Positions 32,867 to 61,148 of a stretch of DNA of 64,000 nucleotides are shown piece by piece. The first letter of the stretch is position 1. The number at the start of each line of letters is the position of its first letter. The DNA is from the human T2T-CHM13v2.0 reference genome, Homo sapiens. The notes under the pieces were generated by a model. It worked only from the letters and a program-made list of their open reading frames with translations. It did no database searches and had not been told where the DNA came from. The stretch lies in the NCBI RefSeq assembly GCF_009914755.1, contig NC_060936.1, one strand, 5' to 3'. The translations under genes and the position numbers were made by a program.

Positions 32867-33151
<285 letters not shown>

Positions 33152-33769
33152 TGATCATCTAGGAACAGAATGGTTATCTTGTGTTGATTCTATCGTGTCT
33201 CACATACCCAAATGTTCTCATTGTTCTTCGCTGGTCTGTATCCTGTCGTTCATTATTTTTACAGGTGTCTATTTCTCTTACGCACTTTTCCAGGACCTCT
33301 TTTCTTTCCCGTCCATGTAAATCTAACCGTAGATTCCTAACTGTAGATTCTCCGCCCCTCCATGTAAATCTAACGGTAGATTCCTAACCGTAGATTCTCT
33401 TCCCTCAAAGGAGCTCTGCGTCGTTTTAGGCCAGTTGCAGCTTTACACGTAACAAAAGATTCATATAATTATGAATAAGAAGACCTGGGGTAGCAGGAGA
33501 CCAGGGTTCTTGTCTAATATGGATAGCTCTGGGAAGCCTGCATGATTAGGGACTATGCATTTAAACTTACGTCAACGATATAATCTCACAATCCAGGTGG
33601 AAGGACGGCCTAAGAACGGTCATAAGTGGTGACTAAGTTTGCTTCAGTTAGAGAACTGGGCATAGAATATGTGTCTGGAATTTGCTAAAAATACAATTTG
33701 TTAGGAATGTTATGAGGCTATAGCAGTGCCTTATTAGCTCTGGGTTTAGATAGAAAGGGAAGATTAAAT

Positions 33770-35706
33770 TGTGGCAGCGGCGGGCTGTCTGGAGTGCCTG
33801 CTGCCATCATGCAGGCTGCAGCAGCGGAGCACGCCTGGGGCTGCATGCTCCATGGAGCTGGGGACAAGTGAGCACGTAGTCCCTTCCAAGTTGGGGTGGG
33901 AGTTCCCCAGGTGCCACTGCAGCTGCCCAAACCACCCAGGTATCCCCGTGCTCTCAGGGTGGGGAGCAGGCTGGAGCCCCACCCTCCTGGACACAGCTGC
34001 AGCTGTCCAAACTGTGGCTGCAGATCTGAGCCTCTGGCTCCATGAAACAGGCAGGAATCCCACCCCGCCCCTCCTTCCCACGCAGCTGCAAACCATGACT
34101 GCAGACCCAGGCATCTCTGCACTCTGGAGGGCCCAGGAAGACCCCCCTGACCTCGCAGGCTGGGAAATGCCTGCTCCCCCTGCCTGGCTTTTCTCTGCTG
34201 TCGGTGCCTGCTCCAATCTCGGAGCAAAGCTGGGGCCAAGCCTGGGCACTGTCACAGCCTGGCTGGGTGTGCACGCTCTCAAGGCAGTGCTGACCCGCCA
34301 GTCCCTTGCTGCCTCAGCCCCCTCTGGACATTGGGCACTGATGAGCATAGGAGGGAAGATGATGGGGGGCTGAGGGCAGCTTGGCACTGCCCAGCCTGGG
34401 CACCATGAAGACAGCAGGAGGCAGACAGGTTCCTGGGTGGAAGGGGGCGTGTCCCTGGTGAGCCCCACCTTGAGGCCAGGAAGGGCTAGAAGGCTGGGGG
34501 CCGGGCTCCCAGTCCCGCAGACCAGAGCGGGAACTTGTGGTGCCTTTTCCAGGCCCACCCACAGCCACCCATGGACCCATTGGAAGGCTCTTTCTCCTCT
34601 CTGAGGCCCATGAAAGCCCCAGGCTCAGCCAGAGCTGAGCAGGTGTCAGGATAACCAGCTGTGGAGAAGAGCTACCCAGTCCAGGGCCTCCTCTCTGCTG
34701 AAAGCTGCAGAGATAATGGGATGACCTGCTTGTAGAGAGTGAGAACACCTCCGACTCCAGGGTGTTCTCTCTGCTAGGAGCTGAATGCTTGTCAGGACAC
34801 CCTGGCTGCAGAAAGGAGCTACCCACTGTGGGTCTCCTCTGAGCTGTTCTATTGCTCAATAAAGCTCCTCTTCACCTCGCTCACCCTTCACTTGTCCGTG
34901 TACCTCTTTCTTCCTGGTCGCAGGACAAGAACTCAGGATCTGTTGAATGGTGGGGCTAAAAGAGCTGTAACACAAACAGGGCTGAAACATGCCCCTTGCT
35001 CACCATGTTGCGAGTGCAGAGGAGAGAAGAGCTGCGGCCCTTCGGGGATCCCAGACCTGGAAGCTCCCTGAGCCAGGGCTGTGACTCCCTCTTAGGGGCC
35101 CTGTGGTCCTTGGCATCACCAAGCTTCTGAATGCCACTGCGTTTCCCAGTGCCAGCTGTTGAAGCTGCTTGTGGTGTACCTGGTCCAGCCACAGCTTTGC
35201 CGAGAGCTGGTGCCTATTCCAGCACCTGGAGCTGCCCACCCCACTGCAGCAGCCGGCATGTCTACTGTGTAGCGGCCAGACCCCATGCTCGCTCACACAC
35301 TCCTCATCGCGCCACGCCTGACTCAGCCTTTGCAGGCATAGGATCTAGACAGGTAGCGCAAGCCAAGCACAGGATCCAGACAGGTGGCGCGAGCCAAGCG
35401 CAGGATCCAGACAGGTGGCGCGAGCCAAGCGCAGGATCCAGGCAGGTGGCGCGAGCCAAGCGCAGGATCCAGGCAGGTGGCGCGAGCCAAGCGCAGGATC
35501 CAGGCAGGTGGCGCGAGCCAAGCGCAGGATCCAGGCAGGTGGCGCGAGCCAAGCGCAGGGTCCAGACAGGTGGCATGAGCCAAGCACAACATGCCAGGCT
35601 GAGTGGACAGAATGAGTCTAGAGGGCCTGAGCAAAACTCGGGCAAAGGCGCCACAGGCCACAGAGGTTTCTGGCTGGAAAAGCAACACCCCAAGGATCCT
35701 GAGACA
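33770..35706 (+). mobile_element. MER52-family long GC-rich ERV1 LTR
   Basis: Starts gtggcagcggcgggctgtctggag, has AATAAA at 34858-34863 and aagagctgtaacacaaacagg, and ends caaggatcctgagaca. Confidence 0.8.
35339..35586. repeat. 31-bp tandem repeat, 8 copies (caggatccaggcaggtggcgcgagccaagcg), inside the MER52 LTR
   Basis: Units start at 35339, 35370, 35401, 35432, 35463, 35494, 35525 and 35556. Confidence 0.96.
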
Positions 35707-35849
35707 ACTGGGGGTAAATGGAATAAAGAAAAGAACTCAGGATTTGGATCCCTAATGACCCAGACTTTATACCATAAGTCCTTCAATTGCTACCTATGTC
35801 CTTGGGCAAATAGCAAATTTTCTATGCTTGTTTCTTCACAATGAGCAGG

Positions 35850-36551
<702 letters not shown>

Positions 36552-36577
36552 TAGTTTCATATATTCAAACTATATCA

Positions 36578-36904
<327 letters not shown>

Positions 36905-36979
36905 TCATCTCAAAAAAAAAAAAGGAATGATGTTGATAAAGTGACTAACATAAAGAAAATGGGGGCTGCTCTTCCACTA

Positions 36980-37590
<611 letters not shown>

Positions 37591-38176
37591 TCTGTTAGGT
37601 TCCAACCTGAGCTGGAGTCTGAGTGGAGTTGGTGGATGGGTGGTGGGCAGCAGAAAGAACACTGAAGGGACCGAAGGTGGTTGGGACATGGCTTTATTCT
37701 CTCCCCTACAGAGTCAGCAGTGCAGTTATATCACTTACAGACAACAGTGGTTCCAAGCCAGGTATAAGCTCAAACAGTTTACATCAAATGGCTACATAGG
37801 CTGGGGGCGGTGGCTCACGTCTCTTATCCCAGCACTTTGGGAGGCTGAGACGGGCAGATCACTTGAGGTCAGGAGTTCAAGACCAGCCTGGCCAACATGG
37901 CGAAACCCTGTCTCTACTAACAATACAAAAACTAGCCAGGCGTGGTGGCAGGTTCCTATAATTCCAGCTACTTGGGAGGTTGAGGCACAAGAATTGCTTG
38001 AACCTGAGAGGCAGAGGTTGCAGTGAGCAGAGATTGCAGCCACTGCACTCCAGCCTAGGGTGACAGAGTGAGACTGTGAAAAAAAAAAGAATTTCAAATT
38101 AAGAAAAAAATACATTTTCCCCAGGAGGGAGACAAACTCTACCAAACAAGAGTTCTGCATGCCTGTCTTTTCCTAT

Positions 38177-39135
<959 letters not shown>

Positions 39136-41689
39136 TAGCCAGGATAGTCTCGATCTCTTGACCTCGTGATCCACCCGCCTCGGCCTCCCAAAGTGCTGGG
39201 ATTACAGGCGTGAGGCACCGCGCCCGGCCCAACGAGTTTTTTAAAAAATAGCTAAAAGATAATGAAATATGTCTGGAATCAGATAACTTTGAGGAAGGTT
39301 GTACAGTATGTGACCAACACATAGCTTTCCACTGAAACACGTTTTTTTTTTTTTTGGTAGTAATTTCCAGTCTAGTTGTCTGTCAAAGATTTAAACCATA
39401 ATCTTTTTTCCCCCCAGAGGTTGATACTTTCCTTATTGATTTTTTTCTTAAATAAAATCAATTATTGTCCATTATAAAAATGTTAAATCCACAGTAGGGT
39501 AAAAATAGAATGTCCAGGAACCACTTTGCACTGCCCTCATTTAGTTCTACTCCACAAAATTAACGATTGTTAATATTTTCTTGTTTATCCTTTCCGAACT
39601 CCATTTATTTGTGAGAATGGTGTCATATAAAACATCTTAGCCAGGTATGGGTGGCTCATGCTTGTAATCACAACACTTCTGGAGAGCAAGGTAGGAAGAT
39701 CGCTTGAGGGCAGGAGTTCAAGAACAGCCTTGGCAACTCAGCAAGACCCTCATCTCTTATGTTTTTTATTATGCTTTCCCTTGGACATTTCTGTATTATA
39801 TTTCGTCCCCTTTTTACAAAACCATTGACATATCTGTTTATGTGTCATGCCAAATTCAAATGAGAGTAATAGACTCTCTTGTATTGTGGGGCATCTGCTT
39901 AATTTAAACTTTGCCCAAAGAGTTTCCATGAGGGATTTGCTGACTAGTCTTTTCTTGGGATATTTTGTTTTTCATTTTCTTTTTTGCTTTCTTTTTCCTG
40001 TTCATCTTCCAGCTCCTTTAATGTTTCCTCTTGTTTTTCTCCTTCTCTCTTTCTGCCTGCTTCTCCTCCTCCTCTCCATTTCTGCTTTCCCTTTTATTCA
40101 TCTTCACTGTAATTTCCATTTGATTGTTCTGAATTTTGATCCCAAGGCATAGCCGGTTGTTTCTGTATAACAGGATCCCAACTTTTCAATTCTGTGAAGT
40201 TATCACTACCTTCCAGCCTTTGCTGACTTACATCCATGATTGTTTGGCTCTGAGTCTTCTCTCTTAGAGTCTCTGTTTGATTTTTAGAAATAAAAAAAAT
40301 TCTCAGCACCGCATGTTTTACCTCAGAAAAGTCTTGAAGTATCAGGAGCTCTCTCCACCTTGAAAACATTTCTTCTCCCACTTCCTGGATGCCATCCTTT
40401 CCCGGATTTCCTTCAAAGTCAATGGCTGCTCTTTCAAAGCTTTCTTTCTTGCTTCTCTTTCCCCTAGTGCTCTCTGTAAACCATAATCTTGAGAATCTAC
40501 TTTATTCATCCCTATAAACCTGGTAAATAGCAACATCACAGCTATAAAACCTAACAAATTGTAAGTAATATGGAAATAATAAATAACTTTGCTGAATGAA
40601 GAATGTCTATACAGAAACAAGACCAAAGATATCAAAGAATTTAGAGAAAACTTAAATAAGTAAAACAGGACAGTGGAAGACAAAGAGAAGACCCAATTCA
40701 AAAGGCAGGAGGGTGAATAATAAGCCAATTATGAAAAGCTATAAGAGAAGATGTCAACCTCTGAAAAAGTGGAGGTTCTAAAATTTGCCTCAAAGTCAAA
40801 GGTGTCTTTCAGGAGAATGTTGTTGGTAGAATATGTGAAGAATGTTGTTGGTAGGATACAGGGAGCAAAAGCTAGATTCTCGGAATAAAATGGGAGTAGA
40901 AGTTGAAGCAATGGGTAAAGACTCCAAATTTTAATAAGAAGAAGTCAGGAGGAGGCATATGTATATACAATAACAGAAACTTCTGATGTACTTTAATGGG
41001 AAGAGTAAATAATGTCAAGTTAACTTGTCTATTCAATATAATTCTACTCAAGGCCAGGCACGGCGCTCATGCCTGTAATCCCAGCACTTTGGGAGGTGAA
41101 GGTGGGAGGATTGCTTGAACTGAGGACTTCAAGACCAGCCTGGGCAACTTAGCCAGACTCTGCCTCTACAAAAAATTTTTAAAAATTAGCCAGGCCTGGT
41201 GGGGCATTGCCTGTCATCCCAGCTGCTCAGAAGTCTGAGGTGGGAGGACTGCTTGAGTCCAAGAGTTTATGGCTGCAGTGAGCTATGGTCACACCACTGC
41301 ACTCCAGCCTTGGTGAGAGAGTGGGACCCTGTCTTTAAAAAACCTACTGAAAATTTCATAGAGTTTTTCTAATTTCATGAAACGAAAGTTCAAATGGAAG
41401 AAGAAACAGTGAAAAATATCACAGAAACTAGAAAGAATTCATACTCACAAATTCAAAACCTAAAGCATGTCAACAAGAAACACTATGGGTGATAGCACAG
41501 TAAATGAAGAAACAGGGTAGCCAACCTGGAGAGGAAACTAGATGGGAGAATAAATAAAGACACTTTACAAACCAAATATCTTTTGAACATCTAGGGTGAT
41601 AAGCTAGGACAGGTTTTGGAGCAATCGGGAAGATGATAAGAAGCCACAAAAAGAGGGGAATCCAACAATGCCCCACAAGGTTTGCAGCT

Positions 41690-46745
<5,056 letters not shown>

Positions 46746-46749
46746 TGTT

Positions 46750-52540
<5,791 letters not shown>

Positions 52541-52560
52541 TTTTTTTTTTTTTTTTTTGA

Positions 52561-52755
<195 letters not shown>

Positions 52756-52861
52756 TAGTCTCCAACTCCTGGGCTCATGCGATCCACCCACCTCAGCCCT
52801 CCAAAATGCTGGGATTACAGACGTGAGCCATCGTGCCTGGCCATTTTGCACATTTTTAAAT

Positions 52862-53197
52862 CTCAAAAGGCCAATCTACAATAGTGGTGTTATCTGTAGG
52901 AGTAACTGGGGAAGTTGCGTGTCTTGTGACCAATCCACATCTTAGCAGAATTCAGGCTCCTCTCCTCCCGCTAGCTTGGTGGTCTCTCATAGGTTTTACA
53001 AAGGCAGTTGGGTTTTGGAAAAGGGCTATCATTTGAACTATAACCTAAATGTCTTCCAAAGTTAGCTTGGCCTAAGCCCAGGAATAATGAAGGCATCTTG
53101 ACAGCCAAAGGCGCGCAGAGTTGGGGGTTTGGTTAGATTAGACCTCCCCCACTGCTATAATTTTCTCACTGATATAATTTTTGCAAAGGCAGTTTCA
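52862..53197 (-). mobile_element. MER4/LTR8-family ERV1 LTR 5' fragment
   Basis: Minus strand begins tgaaactgcctttgcaaaaattatatcagtgagaaaattata. Confidence 0.65.
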
Positions 53198-53499
53198 TTA
53201 CTGGTGTGGTTCTATTTATTTGTTTTTCACATCTACTATAGTTTCTCCTTTATGAAGTTGGTTACTGTATTATTTGGTGCACTGATATTCAAAACTGTTA
53301 TTTAACCCTATGAACTGCAGCTTTTAGCTTTACAAAGCGTCCTTTTTTGCTGTGCCTTCTGGTCTGAACCCTATCTTGTTTGATATCAAAACCTCAGCAC
53401 GCCTGCGTCTCTGCTGGGGTCGGACTCTGAGTCAGTTCTACAGGCCCTGGGAAACTGGGCGTCCAGGCTCCGAGGATGGTACTGAACCTGGCGCAGCCG

Positions 53500-54230
53500 T
53501 GGGAGGGTGAACCAGGTGCCGCTGGCGGAGCCCCCTCCCAGCCTTCCTTTCCCGTCAGGCTGTGCCCCTCTCTAGATCCGCGGCAGCTGGAAGCCAGGCC
53601 TGTAACGAGGGAGCCTTCTCCGAGGATTGTGGGAGATGTAGTTTTTCCGGCGCCTTCGCGTCCTGGCGCATCGACGCAGGACGCACTTCCGCATGCGCCG
53701 CACTCCCGGCCTTAGTCGGGTGCGCGCGTGCAGGGCTGTTTCCGGCTTAGACTCAGTGGACCGGAATCTGGCCAGCGGGTGTACCTGGCTGAGTCTCTGT
53801 GGCCGCGGAGGCGCGGAGCTAAGCGGCTCGGATTATCCTGGGCAGACCAGAGACTTGACCAGCTAAACACTTCCGTCGGTCCGGGGCGTGGACGGGGCCA
53901 GATCAGCCTCCTGCTCTCCCGAGTCAGGGCCACGGAAAGGCACAAATCCATCCGTGCGACTCCTGGTACCCAGACCGGGAGGTTGTCTAGTCACGCGCGG
54001 TCCGTGTTGGGCGAGAGCTGAGGAGCCGGCGTCCCTGCCAACGACTCGGCCCCGGGACGGTCAGGAGCCTGGGGCCCTGGTCCCGCACCTGTCTTCGGGC
54101 GGACGCATCCCTCACGGTCTCTCCGCAGCCCGCGGGTCCTGCCCCCGCAGGCAGCGCGCGAACGTGGGCGTGGGGATGGCCACCAGTTTCCGGACAGCTT
54201 CGTGCTGGGTAAGTAGAGACTTTCCGTGTT
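53500..54230 (+). promoter_or_regulatory. ZNF26: ZNF26 CpG-island promoter and exon 1 5'UTR, with ZNF143-type, ETS and NRF1-like motifs
   Basis: CpG-dense. TGGGAGATGTAGT at 53630-53642, CACTTCCG at 53684-53691 overlapping GCATGCGC, and a second CACTTCCG at 53868-53875. Confidence 0.88.
54176..54208 (+). CDS. ZNF26: ZNF26 first coding exon (MATSFRTASCW), phase-0 donor GTAAGT; CDS continues beyond the window
   Basis: gggATGg strong Kozak context, 11 codons, then TGG|gtaagt. The peptide matches the recalled ZNF26 N-terminus. Confidence 0.9.
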
Positions 54231-54559
54231 TAAAATTCGACTGGATACTGAGGGTGGCCACGTTAATCTCTTCAGGGTTACTCCGGGAACTGAACTCACA
54301 TTCAGCTGTAATTGTGTGCGTAGTTTACTAGACTACCCTCCCCACCAAACCAAAGCGCCTCTGAAGCTCGCCCAAGCTCTGGCCCTGCAGAAACGTGCCT
54401 GTGGTATTCTGTGACGGGCAGTTATACTGCACTTCATGGCCAGCTGCGGGCCCTGAAGTCTGAGGATCCTCCATCATTTCATGTTTTCTACACAAAGTTG
54501 TCTTATGGAGACCCTTAGAACTTAGCTGGAGAAATGATCAGTTCCTCCTTTTTCGTTTG

Positions 54560-55150
54560 GCCAAATGCTTGTTTATGGAGTGTCCTTTTGTCTGCTGGAC
54601 TCTAAGGCTGGTGCTGGCAATGCAGAGATAAATTATGTATGTTCCTAATTTTAGAGGAGCTTTGGTTTGGTGGAGAGGGTAGTCTAGTGAACTATGGACG
54701 CAATTACAGGTGAATGAATAGGGAGAAAAGGCTAGGAGCGGAGCTCGAGAGTCCGAAAGGTAAGGGGCGGGCCAGTGGATCATCGGGACTTTATGAATTA
54801 TTGATGGAGTGAACCAGAGGGGCGTCTTTACAAGTGATTTGATTGCCAAATCCTTTGCCCTCGGTGAGTGGTGTTGACGACGTTGCCGGATGTGGTGCTC
54901 TACCATTGAGCTATACAGCCGGAGACTAGGAATGCTATTGGAAGAGGGACCCTGGGAATGACTTTCGCAGGTGTTGAATATCCAATGCCTGTATTTCAGC
55001 CTGTAACTCACATGGGAGGTCTAAACTGGAAATACATAAAGACACCTTATTGTATTCGTGGAAGCTCAGAGTGTGACCAACTGGAACCCTCAAGAGGACC
55101 GAGGTGAGGACTCAGGTTAATGAAAGGAAAGGACACACGGTGGAGAAAGG
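54560..55150 (-). mobile_element. Degraded L2-like fragment in ZNF26 intron 1
   Basis: Resembles a reverse L2 3' end (gtttatggagtgtcc...gtgctggcaatgcagagata...gaggagctttggtttggtgg). Confidence 0.45.
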
Positions 55151-55332
55151 CTGTTGTGCTAAAGAAACGAGAGAAAGTTAGGAGTGGATTTCTCCCCCTG
55201 TGAGTTTGTTCCTTTGTCAGAGATCAGTTGACTATATTTATATGGGTCTATTTCTGGGCTCTTTATTGAGTTCTATTGATCTATTTGTTGCTTCACTAAT
55301 ACCACACTGCCACACTGTCTTGATTTTTGTAG

Positions 55333-55538
<206 letters not shown>

Positions 55539-56342
55539 TAGCCATGTTGCCCAGGCTGGTCTTTATAGTAAATCTTTTGTTTTTTTTTCAAGGCAGGATC
55601 TCACTCTGTTGCCCAGGTTGGAGTGCAGTGGAACAGTCACAACTCACTGCAGCCTCGAACTCCCGGGCTCAAGGGATCCTCCACCTCAGCCTCCTGAGTA
55701 GCTGGGATTACAGGCATATGCCACCACATCAGGCTAATTAAAAATTTTTTTTTTTTTTTGTACAGATAGGGTCTCACTGTGTTGCCCTGGCTGGCCTGCA
55801 ACTCTTGGCCTCAAGCACTTCTTCCTCCTTGGCCTCCCAAAGCATTGGTGGGATAACAGGTGTGAGCCACCATGCCCAGCCTATAAGTCTTGAAGTCAGG
55901 TTCATTCTCCCAAATGTATTCTTCTGCTTCCGTATCCTGTTAGCTAATCTAAGTCTTTTGTCTGTCTGAACTTTATAATCAGTTTGTCAACATCTGCAAA
56001 ATAACTTGCTGGGATTTTAACTGACAGTGCATTCAATCTGTAGATCAAGTTGGGAAGAGCTGAAGTCTTGAATATTGAGTCTTCCTATCCATGAACATGT
56101 TATATCTCTCTATCTAGTTCTTAGTTTTCATTCAGCAGTGTTTGGTAGTTTTTCTCATATAGATTTTATATAGTATCATTATATATTTTGTTAGACTTAC
56201 ACCTAAGTATTTAATTTTTGTGGGTGCTACTGTAAATGGTATTGTGTTTTTTATTTCAAATTCAGCTTACACCTGTGTACAGGAAAGGGGTTGACTTTTG
56301 TATATTAACTTTGTATCCTGCAACCTTGGTATAATCATGTAG

Positions 56343-56600
<258 letters not shown>

Positions 56601-56754
56601 TGACCTCGTGATCAGCCCACCTCGGCCTCCTAAAGTGCTAGGATTACAGCCATGAGCCACCGTGCCGGGTCTGGTGAATTCTTTTGGACTTTGCACAATT
56701 ATGCCATCTGTGAACAAAGTTTTATTCCTTCCTTCACAGTCATTATACATTTTA

Positions 56755-57076
56755 CAGGTTAAGTATCTTTTATTCAAAATGCTTAAGACCAGAATTGTTT
56801 TGGATTTTGGATTTTTTCAGATCTTGGACTATTTACATATACATAAGATATCTTGGGGATGGGACCCAAGTCTAAACACAGAATTTGTTTATGTTTCATA
56901 TATACTTTATACGTACAGCCTGAAGGTAATTTTATACAGTATTTTAAATAATTTTGTGTGTGAAACAAAGGTTGTATTAAGTTAATGTGTGGGATTTTCC
57001 ACGTGTGAGGACTCAAAACGTTTTGAATTTTGGAGCATTTAGATTTCAGGTTTTTGGAACAGGGATTCTCATCCTG
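56755..57076. mobile_element. Tigger4/MER46-family DNA transposon MITE
   Basis: Terminal inverted repeats caggttaagtatc...gattctcatcctg flanked by TA. Confidence 0.75.
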
Positions 57077-57509
57077 TATTTTCTGTTCTTGTTTTTTTGC
57101 CTCAGATAGGACTTCCAGTACAATGTTGAAAAAGAGTGGTGAGAGGGGATTAAAGATACATTTTGCCTTGTTGATCTTAGTGGGAAAGCTTCAAGTTTCT
57201 CACAGTTAAGTATGATGTTAGTTGTAGCATTTTTCTTGGTAGATATTCTCTATCAAGTTGAGAAAGACCCTTGTTCCTAGTTTAGTGAGGGTTTTTGTTG
57301 TTGTTAATTGTGAATGGGGTTGGATTTTGTCAGATTTTTTTTCTGGGCCAGATGTGGCTCACACCTGTAATCACTTTGGGAGGCTGAGGCAGGAGGATAG
57401 CTTTAGCCCAGGAATTCAGGACCAGCCTGGGCAACATAGTGAGACCCCATCTCTACAAAAAATTAAAAAACAAAATAGCTGGGCGTGGTGACACATGCCT
57501 GTAGTCTCA

Positions 57510-57650
<141 letters not shown>

Positions 57651-58173
57651 CTATCTATGCTTTTTCTTCTTTAGTCATTTGATACGATGGAACTGATTCA
57701 AGTATTGAACCAACCTTACATACCAGGAATAAATCCCACTTGGCTGTGGTGTACACTTGTTTTTATACATTGTTGTATTTTATTTTCTAGTATTTTGTTG
57801 AGGATTTTTGTATCTATATTTATGAGATAATTTTTCTGTAGTTTTCTAGGGTTTCTGTCTGGTTTTGGTATTAGAGCGATGCTGTCTTTATAGACTGAGT
57901 TAGGATTCCCTCTGCCTTTATCTTCTGAAAAATATTGTAGAGGGAAAAAAAGATTGGTGTGATTTTTTTCCTTAAATGTTTGGTAGACTTCACCAGTGAG
58001 TGAACCCATCTTGGCCTGGCACTTTCTGGTTTGGGTGATTCTTAATTTTTGATTCAATTTAGGCTTATTAGAGTGTCTGTTTCTTTTTGTTCAGTTTTGG
58101 CAGATTGTGTCTTTCAGGGATTTGGTCTGTTTCATCTAGGTCATGAAATGTGTGGACGTAGAATTGTACATAG

Positions 58174-58507
<334 letters not shown>

Positions 58508-58614
58508 TGAACAGACTAGGTCAACTAAGTATAAGAAAAATAGCTAGGCATGGCTGGGCGTGGTGGCTCAGGCCTGTAATCCCAGCACTTTGGGAGGCCG
58601 AGGCGGGTGAATCA

Positions 58615-59142
<528 letters not shown>

Positions 59143-59265
59143 TTAATTTTACTTTCACTTATTCTTTCTTTGATGTTCTCACTTTTTAAAATATATATCT
59201 GTGGCCGGGCCTGGCGGCTCATCCCTGTAATCCCAGCACTCTGGGAGGCTGAGGCCGGCGGGTCA

Positions 59266-59538
<273 letters not shown>

Positions 59539-59889
59539 TTAAGGCAAGTTTACTTGAAATAGCAATAAATTATCTTAGTTTTTGTTTGAGAAAGACTTTT
59601 TTTTACTTTTGAAGGATAATTTTGCAGGGTACAGAATTCTGTTTTGATGATTTTTTTTTCTCTAAACACCTTAACTGTTTCACTCCATTTTCTTGCTTGT
59701 GTGGTTTCTGTAGGTAAGGTATTTTTTTTCATCTCTGGCTTATCTTTGATTTTTTGTGTTTTAAAAATGATATGCCTACGTGCAGGTTTTTTGGCATTTA
59801 TCTTCTTGGTATTCTCGGATTTTCCTCCATCTGTGATTTGGTGTCTGACATTACTTCAGCGAAATTTTCAGTAATTATTGTTTCATATA

Positions 59890-60117
59890 TAGATGCTCCT
59901 TGACTTGATGATGTGGTTACATCCTGATAAACTCATCATAAATTGAAAATCTCTTTGTCAGAAGTGCATTTTCGACTTACAATATGTTCAACTTATAATA
60001 GGTTTATCCAGATGGAGCCTCATCATAAGTTGGGGAACGTACTGAAGTGTATTGCTTCTGCGCCATTGTAAAATTGAAAAATACTAAGTCAAACCACTGT
60101 GCGTCAGGCACCGACTG
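59890..60117. mobile_element. MER47/Tigger5-family DNA transposon fragment
   Basis: Starts agatgctccttgactt...ggttacatcctgataaac. Confidence 0.6.
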
Positions 60118-60350
60118 TCTTTCTTCTGTTCTTTTCCTTTCCTTCGGGTATTTCCATTGTGCATATCTACACCTTTTGTGGCTGTCCATCTTGGATATTC
60201 TGTTCTTTTTTTTTTCCCCAGTGTTCTCTTTGCTTGAAGGTTTCTGTTGATACATCCTTAAGTTCAAAGATTTTTTTCCTCAATCTCGTGCAGTCTACAT
60301 AATACATAAGCCCATCAAAGGCATTCTTCACTTCTGTACAGTGTTTTTGA

Positions 60351-60602
<252 letters not shown>

Positions 60603-60737
60603 TGATCTACCCACCTCAGCCTCTCAAAGTGCTGGGATTACAGGTGTGAGCCACTACGCCTGGCCTGCCCATCTGTTCTTACATGCTGCCTACTTTATTC
60701 ACTAGAGCCCATAACATATTATTCATGGTTGTTTTAA

Positions 60738-61148
<411 letters not shown>

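Noticed and set aside
33718-35844. Overlapping 160-260 aa ORFs
   Set aside because: They lie within the GC-rich MER52 LTR and its VNTR.
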